Source: Octopus vulgaris (taxonomy: Eukaryota). From it: a stretch of 64,000 bases of DNA. The notes beneath the pieces were generated by a model. The model saw nothing but the letters and a program-made list of their open reading frames with translations, had not been told where the DNA came from and ran no database searches. Position numbers and translations under genes: made by a program. Where the stretch lies: positions 81,220,001-81,284,000 of the forward strand of contig OX597825.1 in assembly GCA_951406725.2 (NCBI GenBank). Reading direction: 5' to 3'. Positions 57,034-64,000 of this stretch are shown here, piece by piece; position 1 is the first letter of the stretch, and every line of letters begins with the position of its first letter.

Positions 57034-57922
57034 CGAGGGGTGTATGAAAAGTTTTGAGCCTAACCTAGAAACGGGGCTGCTAGATAGCTGAAACAATTTT
57101 TTCTGGTAACTACAGTCTTTTCAGAGTATTCTTGCTCATTTTCATGATTGTGATATTTTAAATTTTTTGTCGCAAATTTTTGAACAAAAAAGGGTCGAGG
57201 TTACAAAAAATAAAATCGAGAAAACTGAGTATCATGCTGTCATAAAGTTCCTTCATTTAAAAGGCATGACTCCATCAGAAATTCATAAAGATATGGTGAG
57301 AAACTTAACAGAGAATGCTCCTTCATGTGCAACAGTCAAACGCTGGGTAAATGAATTCCAGCGTGGCAGGGAGAGTTTGGAAGATGATCCCATACCAGGA
57401 GACCTCCAACTGCAACCGCCAAGGGCAACCCTGACCTTGCTCTTTGTAGAGCAAGATCGCCGAAAATCATGTTGTCAGATAGCCGAGAGACTGGGCATCT
57501 CAAATGAAAGAGCAGATAACATTGTGACAAAAGAACATGGGTTCTCAAAGGTTTCTGCTAGGCGGGTCCCCCGCCTTTTGACTCCTGAGCAGAAACGCAC
57601 CAGGTGCGCTTTGTCCACGAGCATTCTGGAACTGTTTGAAACCGATGAAGAGAATTTTCTTGCTCGTTTTATTACTATGGACGAAAGTTGGGTTCATTAC
57701 TACGAGCCTGAAACCAAAGAACAATCAAAGCAGTGGAAGCACAAATCTTCTACCTAAAAGAAGGCCAGGGTAATTCCTTCAGCTGGCATGGTCATGGCGT
57801 CCGCCGTTTGAGATTCTCGAGGTGTCTTGCTGATCGATTTCCTTGAAAAGGGTCACACCGTGACAGGGCTGTATTATTTTCAGCTACTGAAACGCCTCTC
57901 AGAAGCAATCAAACAAAAAAGT
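57034..57922 (+). pseudogene. Mariner DNA transposon, left TIR plus decayed and 3'-truncated transposase
   Basis: TIR-like CGAGGGGTGTATGAAAAGTTTTGAGCC. ORF 57167-57757 has the HTH segment TVKRWVNEFQRGRESLEDDP, a (W/R)VPRLLT motif and the first catalytic D in FITMDESWVHYYEPE. After a stop it continues KKARVIPSAGMVMA..DSRGVLLIDFLEKGHTVTGLYY..LLKRL. The remaining catalytic residues are absent. Confidence 0.92.
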
Positions 57923-57929
57923 GATGGGG

Positions 57930-58110
57930 GGGGGGGGGGTTAATCGATTAGATCGACCCCAGTACGCAACTGATACTTAATTTTTCGACCCCGAAAGGAT
58001 GAAAGGCAAAGTCTACCTCGGCGGAATTTGAACTCAGAAAGAGATGACGGACGGAATACCGCCAACCATTTTGCCCGGTGTGCTAACAATTTTTGTCAGC
58101 TCGCCGCCTT
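57930..58110 (-). mobile_element. SINE family A at the truncation point of the mariner
   Basis: CGACCCCGAAAGGATGAAAGGCAAAGTC...CAGCTCGCCGCCTT. Confidence 0.82.
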
Positions 58111-58696
58111 AGACTTTGTAAATATTGACCTCCGTTCCAGGTTGCAGTCATGGCTTATTGTGAGATGGGGGGGGGATGAAGGCCGAAGGTCAAAGGTCGA
58201 GGGTCATAATTGTTATTGAAGATAATAGAACAAAACAGAGGAGAGGGAGAAGAAAAGGGGAGATAATAATAAATGGAAAGCTAACGAGAAAGATTAATAG
58301 AGAAAGATGCCAAGAAAGAAAGATAAGGAAGACGGAAAAGAAGAAAGGAAAGAATGAAAGAAGGAAGGAAGGAAGGAAGGAAGGAAGGAAGGAAGGAGTT
58401 AATTGTTTCCAGTGACAATCGCAGCCAGTAAATATGTTATCTGGATGATGACTCTCAAACAGTGCTTCTATAATTTAACAAGTTAAATAATTAACCACTT
58501 TTAATTTTCAATATGATGTTCTCTTATAACCTTGATTGATTTTCGTTTGATCTGTAAAGGTTTCCAAACAATTAGCCAAACATCTGCGTCCGTGTGTGTG
58601 TGTGTCCGTGTTTCCGTGTGTCCGTGTTTCCGTGTGTCCGTGTGTCTGTGTATATCAACACACACGTATATAAGTGTTTATGTGCGTGTATATGTG

Positions 58697-58760
<64 letters not shown>

Positions 58761-60922
58761 TGTGATTGTGTATGCATGTATATATATATATATATACATA
58801 CACACACATATATATATATATATATACACACACATACATATATATATATATATACACACGTACACACACATATATATATACATATATAGATAGACAGATA
58901 TATAGACATAAACGTTTATGTATATATATATATATATATACACATATGTGTGTGTATGTATGTGTGTGAATGTGTGGTTGTGTATGTGTATATACACCAT
59001 ATATTACTATATTGAACACACACTCTCTATTCTCCGTCTTTCTCTTTCACTATATGTATACGTGTACGTGCAAATGTACACACACACGCACGCACACACA
59101 TGCACACGCGCATACACACATACACACACATATCCAGTGTTCCTCCAAGTCGAACAGTGTTCAAGTGTTGAAGGTTTACCGTGAGGTAATTGATCGATAC
59201 ATTATTCGACGTAATGTTATTAAAAAGCCTGTCCCTAGGGATCGAACACATTATTAAGTAATCGGTATTTATGACTACAGGAATCAATCCCTCATTTATG
59301 GACCCATTTGTTCCCTGTCAAATATCTGCCATCTCTCCCCCCTTCCTCACTCTCTCTACCTCTTCTATCTCCCCCATACCATTCTCTTCCTCCGCCTCTC
59401 GTTTCCCTCCGTCTCTTACCACGATACCATCATCTCTGTAAATGCCTCTCCACGCATTCCTTGAGTCTATCAGCGTTTTAGTGAGTGTGTGTATGTGTGT
59501 GTATGTGTGAATGCGTAAATGTGAGCGCGTAAGTGTGACTGTATGAACGTGTGTAGAATAAGTGTATGCATGCGTATGTAGGATATGTGTGTGTATGTGA
59601 CATATATATATATATGCGTGTGTTTGTGTGATATGAGTGTGTGCGCGCGTGTGTGAGTTTGTGTGTGTGTTATAAGTGTGATATCTGTATAAGAATATGT
59701 GTATTTGTGCGTTTGTGATGTGTATTTGCATATGTAGGTGTGTGCGTGTGTTTAATATGTGATGTGTGTGTGTGTGTTTGTATGTAACGTTATGTATGTG
59801 TATATTTGTGTAAAAGTCTTATATGATGTGCGCATGTGAATCTGTTTTATGTATGCGTATGCGATATGTATGCATGTGTGTATGTGTGTATGTATGTATG
59901 TATGTATGTGTGTATGTGTGTATGTATGTATGTGTGTATGTGTGTATGTATGTATGTGTGGGTGTAAATATGTAAGAATGTGTGTGTTCAAATGTGATGA
60001 CTTCGTGGGTCTATGTAAGGAATATATGTTTATGTGTGTACGTGTGTGTTTGTGTGCGTATGAATGATATATATATATGTGTGTATGCGATGTGTGTATG
60101 TGTATGTTTGTGTGTAAAACGTGCGTGTGTATTATGTGTATGTATGATGTATTATGTGTATGTATGATGTATTATGTGTATGTATGATGTATTATGTGTA
60201 TATGCGTATTTACATATGATGTGTGTATGCTTGCGTAAAGTTATGCACGTTTGTGTGTGTGTGTGTGTGTTTACTTGTAACATATAAGTGTATGTAGGTA
60301 ATGTTATGTTTGCATGCAATATGAGTGCATGTGTGTATGCGTGAGTGTGTGCATGAATGTGTGTGTGTTTGTGTTTGTGTGTGTATGTGTGTATATTTGT
60401 GTGTGTGTGTGTGTGTTTACTTGTAACATATAAGTGTATGTACGTAATGTTATGCTTGCATGCAATATGAGTGTGTGTGTGTATGCGTGAGTGTGTGCAT
60501 GAATGTGTGTGTGTTTGTGTGTTTTTGTGAGTGTGTGTGTGTGTTTGTGCCTGCATGTGTGTATGTTTGTGTGTGTGTGTTTGTGCGTGAGTGTGCGTGT
60601 CTGTGCGTGAGTGTGTGTATGCGTGTGTGAGTGTGTTTGTGTGTGTATGTGCGTGTATGTTTGTGTGTGTACGTGTTTGTATGTGTGTGTGTGTACATGC
60701 TTGTGCGTGCATGTGTGTATATGTTTGTGTGTTCATGTGTGTGTGTGTGCGCGTGCGTGCTGAGAAACAGGTGATTCTTCTTCTGAAGTTGGTCGTCGAA
60801 TTCCTTAGGGAGGAACCAACGACGTCGTAATTGTAATTGTTCTTGTAACCAAGGCAACGGTGATCATTGATCAGGCTTTAATCACAAGGACTTCAGATCA
60901 TACATAGCCTAACGGTTAGAAC

Positions 60923-60967
<45 letters not shown>

Positions 60968-61770
60968 ACCAATACATAATGGGTGAGGAAGAGAAACAAA
61001 GAAAACTATACATGTGCGTATGTATACAGGTTCACGTTGACACACATGCATGTGTGTGTGTATATATATATATATGGAAAGAGAGAGAGAGAAAGAGAGA
61101 AAGAGAGAAAGAGAGCGAGAGAGAGTGAGAAAGTGAGAAAGAGAGAGAGAAAGGGGTAAAATGAATCCCATAAACCTGGCCGAAGAGCATGAAACGAATT
61201 TGGTCCTTACAATTAAATGCGCACTCGGCCACACGCACACACATACAGAAAGACACATAGATGGGCGCATGCACATGTACAAACACATACACATATTTGT
61301 GATACACATAAACTGATAGGCCCAGATACATGCGCAATCACGCATTCTATCTCGAATTTCTTTTGACAAGATTCACAAAGCCCCTATATTTCAGGGTTGG
61401 ATGACTCCTAGTTGTAAAATTCCTAACTATCCCCAAATTCATTAGAAGCGCAACTTAAATAAAATGGTTTGAACTCGGAATTGAAACCGTTCCTTCGTCT
61501 CTGTTTCACATGAATTCCTTTCTGTGCTCATTAATGTCCACTACTTTTATATTATATTCCACAATACACACCAATGCACGTGTATATAATGCGTTATATT
61601 CCACAATACACACAAATATATTACATACAACACATAAATATAATACACATCAATATTTTATATACACACTAGTATATTATATAATATTATACACGTCAGT
61701 GTATTAAAGTTGGTACATTATTTACATTATTTACATTTGACGGATATTTGCCCTCATCTTGTTTGTTGTT

Positions 61771-61816
61771 AACACAACGTTTCGGCTGATATACCTTCCA
61801 GCCTTCATCAGGTGTC
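61771..61816 (-). ncRNA. Minimal type I hammerhead ribozyme with canonical core
   Basis: Minus strand GACAC-CTGATGA-A-GGCTG(GAAGGTATAT)CAGCC-GAAA-CGTT-GTGTT. All core nucleotides present, 5-bp stems I and II, palindromic AACGTT stem III. Confidence 0.8.
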
Positions 61817-61879
61817 TTGGGAAAATTTTGAACCTGGGTTCTTATTCCTAAGGTATTCTTCGATATTATTATTATTATT

Positions 61880-62314
61880 GAGTGAGAGAACAGTGCATGC
61901 CATAAAAGTGACACTGGGATACAATATACGAAGCCCAGTATACGCATCATAACAACCTGTCTGATAAGGGTACACTAGGCACATGCATCACAACCATATG
62001 TGCGCGACATGGTGATCTCATATCAAGATAAACAGTACATGACCAGGCAGGTGGGGCCCAGTTAGTATTTTCTTCTGGTCGAGAAGCCCATCCCGCTCAA
62101 AAGGTCCCTGAATAAGGATTGTTTAAGGATGTTGAACGAAACACCCATGTTTCCACAGGTGAATTATTCAATCCCCAAAGAATCCCTCTCAACACATGGC
62201 TATGATGCTCCCCAACTACATCTACTCGTGATCAGAGATGCACATATCGTCAGCCACTAAGGGACATGCTCAACTGGCTAAGGTCAAGCAACTGACAAGC
62301 AAATCTGTGGTATT
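61880..62314 (-). repeat. Family E repeat, second copy
   Basis: Reverse complement of ~27720-28104, with an extra terminus running into (TAA)n. Confidence 0.8.
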
Positions 62315-62487
62315 TTGTGACGAAGGACTGGTGTTCGTAACAACAAGTCCCATTCCCTTCTTTTAAGTGTAAAATTAATACATTTGAGAAACTTGTCAGA
62401 CCCATGTTGGTTCTTTTTTATTGCCTAATAAATAAATAAATACATACATACATATGTGTATGTATATATACATATATATACACACAT

Positions 62488-62544
<57 letters not shown>

Positions 62545-62590
62545 AACGAAGTAAGAGAAAGAATTCTGGCAGGGCACGTGTAGGAACATA

Positions 62591-62795
62591 CGAGGGAGCG
62601 TTGAAAAAGCTGGCTCTAAGGCCTTTCTAGAGGCCAAACCTTCTGAGTTGTTTTTTAGGGCTTAGTCAAAAATCGAAAGACCGCTGCAGTAAGTGTGTGA
62701 ATCTGTGAGGGAAATATGTTGGATAAAATCATAATTAACTGATCCTCCTGAATATTCTTTTGCCCAGAGCCAGGAGCTTTTCAGCCCCCACCTCT
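62591..62795 (+). mobile_element. Mariner-derived MITE, uninterrupted
   Basis: TA|CGAGGGAGCGTTGAAAAAG ... CTTTTCAGCCCCCACCTCT|TA; internal sequence aligns with 31664-31754 plus 32167-32244. Confidence 0.75.
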
Positions 62796-63372
62796 TATCT
62801 TGTGACCTTTCAGCTGGTGTCCTCTAGGATTCTATATGAATACAACAAACACTCATGTCTCTAAATTTTACCGGACACCCTAGCAAACACCTTAGGACTA
62901 TAAGAACTGGTCAATCATTGACTTCTAAAGCAGCTGCCATTGGACTGCGTTAGTGATTGGGTAGCAAAGGTACAACGAAAATTTTGACACTTCATAAATA
63001 TATTTAAATCTAAAATTATTTTTACAGCTTAAATGGTTCATCTACAATGTAGAAACTTCAATTTCGAGATAGTGTTTCAAATCAAGTTATTGGTATGTTG
63101 TCTGGGTCACTTTTCTGGTAATATCCATCAACTAGTGATAGTTATAGTCACTGGCACAAATAGAAGAGTAGTACAGTCGAATTAAATCATTCCGATTTCA
63201 AATGCACCAAAACTACGCTCATTTCAGTGTCCAAAGCTGACGAGAGAATTCACATGTTAATTGTCAGTTTCCTTTATTAGGTTCCTTGTCTTTTTTGATA
63301 TTCCCTCTTACATACACACATACATATATACAAACGTACATACACACATATATGTACACACGTGTGCGCGCG

Positions 63373-63404
<32 letters not shown>

Positions 63405-63764
63405 ATACCTGTACACGATGATGTAACAGTGGTGTAGATGACACCGATAATAGTCGTCGTAATAGATATTGTATTTAAGAGATACAAGGCTTATTAGTCC
63501 GCCTCAAGGTCTCGGTGGACAAAATGGAAAAGGCGTTACCTCGGAGGATAATGAGCGAGATCCGCTGGATCAGCCGCTCCGCCTTAAGGACTTCGCAGTG
63601 AAGGCAGCGAGCAGGGATGTATTCCGGGGACCAAGAACGGCAAAGGTTACCTCTGCCTAATACTTATGGAATCGTGTACAATATCTATATTCTATATCTG
63701 TCTCGATTATCAATTTGCGATTCTACCGATGTTTAAAGAATAAATCATTTATACATATACATAC

Positions 63765-63813
<49 letters not shown>

Positions 63814-63845
63814 CACACTCACACACATACACACACACACACACC

Positions 63846-63876
<31 letters not shown>

Positions 63877-64000
63877 GCATGTAGTTGTCTGTGTGTTCTC
63901 ACACTCTCTCTCACACTCACACACATATATATATATACATATATGAATATATGTGTGTGTGTGTGTGTGTGTGTGCACATGTATGACAATATCGGTTGAC

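Noticed and set aside
57167-57757. Functional transposase or SETMAR-like gene
   Set aside because: Start codon lost, local frame disruption, premature stop, and truncation before the second and third catalytic Asp.
60765-60900. Possible coding exon
   Set aside because: No recognisable protein motif or convincing splice-site pair in any frame.

Overview
AT-rich, microsatellite-saturated eukaryotic non-coding DNA with no recognisable host protein-coding exon. Almost every ORF in the track is a translation of (TA)n, (CA)n, (TATG)n, (TAA)n or (GAT)n. The repeat style is typical of an octopus genome (inference, not a database result). The window is either a large intron or a gene desert. It holds four tRNA-headed SINE families (here called A-D, several with clear target-site duplications) and 3' ends of restriction-like-endonuclease (R4/Dong-type) LINEs stacked head-to-tail inside (TAA)n tracts. 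It also holds three copies of a ~390 bp non-autonomous Helitron, a decayed mariner transposase, mariner- and hAT-type MITEs, and unclassified repeats. The most notable signal is a set of short elements embedded in simple repeats that carry minimal type I hammerhead ribozyme motifs with covarying stems (Penelope-like or retrozyme-like). Also notable are a duplicated repeat carrying a strong CTCF-type motif and unique islands enriched in YY1/Pho and homeodomain motifs. Coordinates were read by eye and may be off by a few bases.
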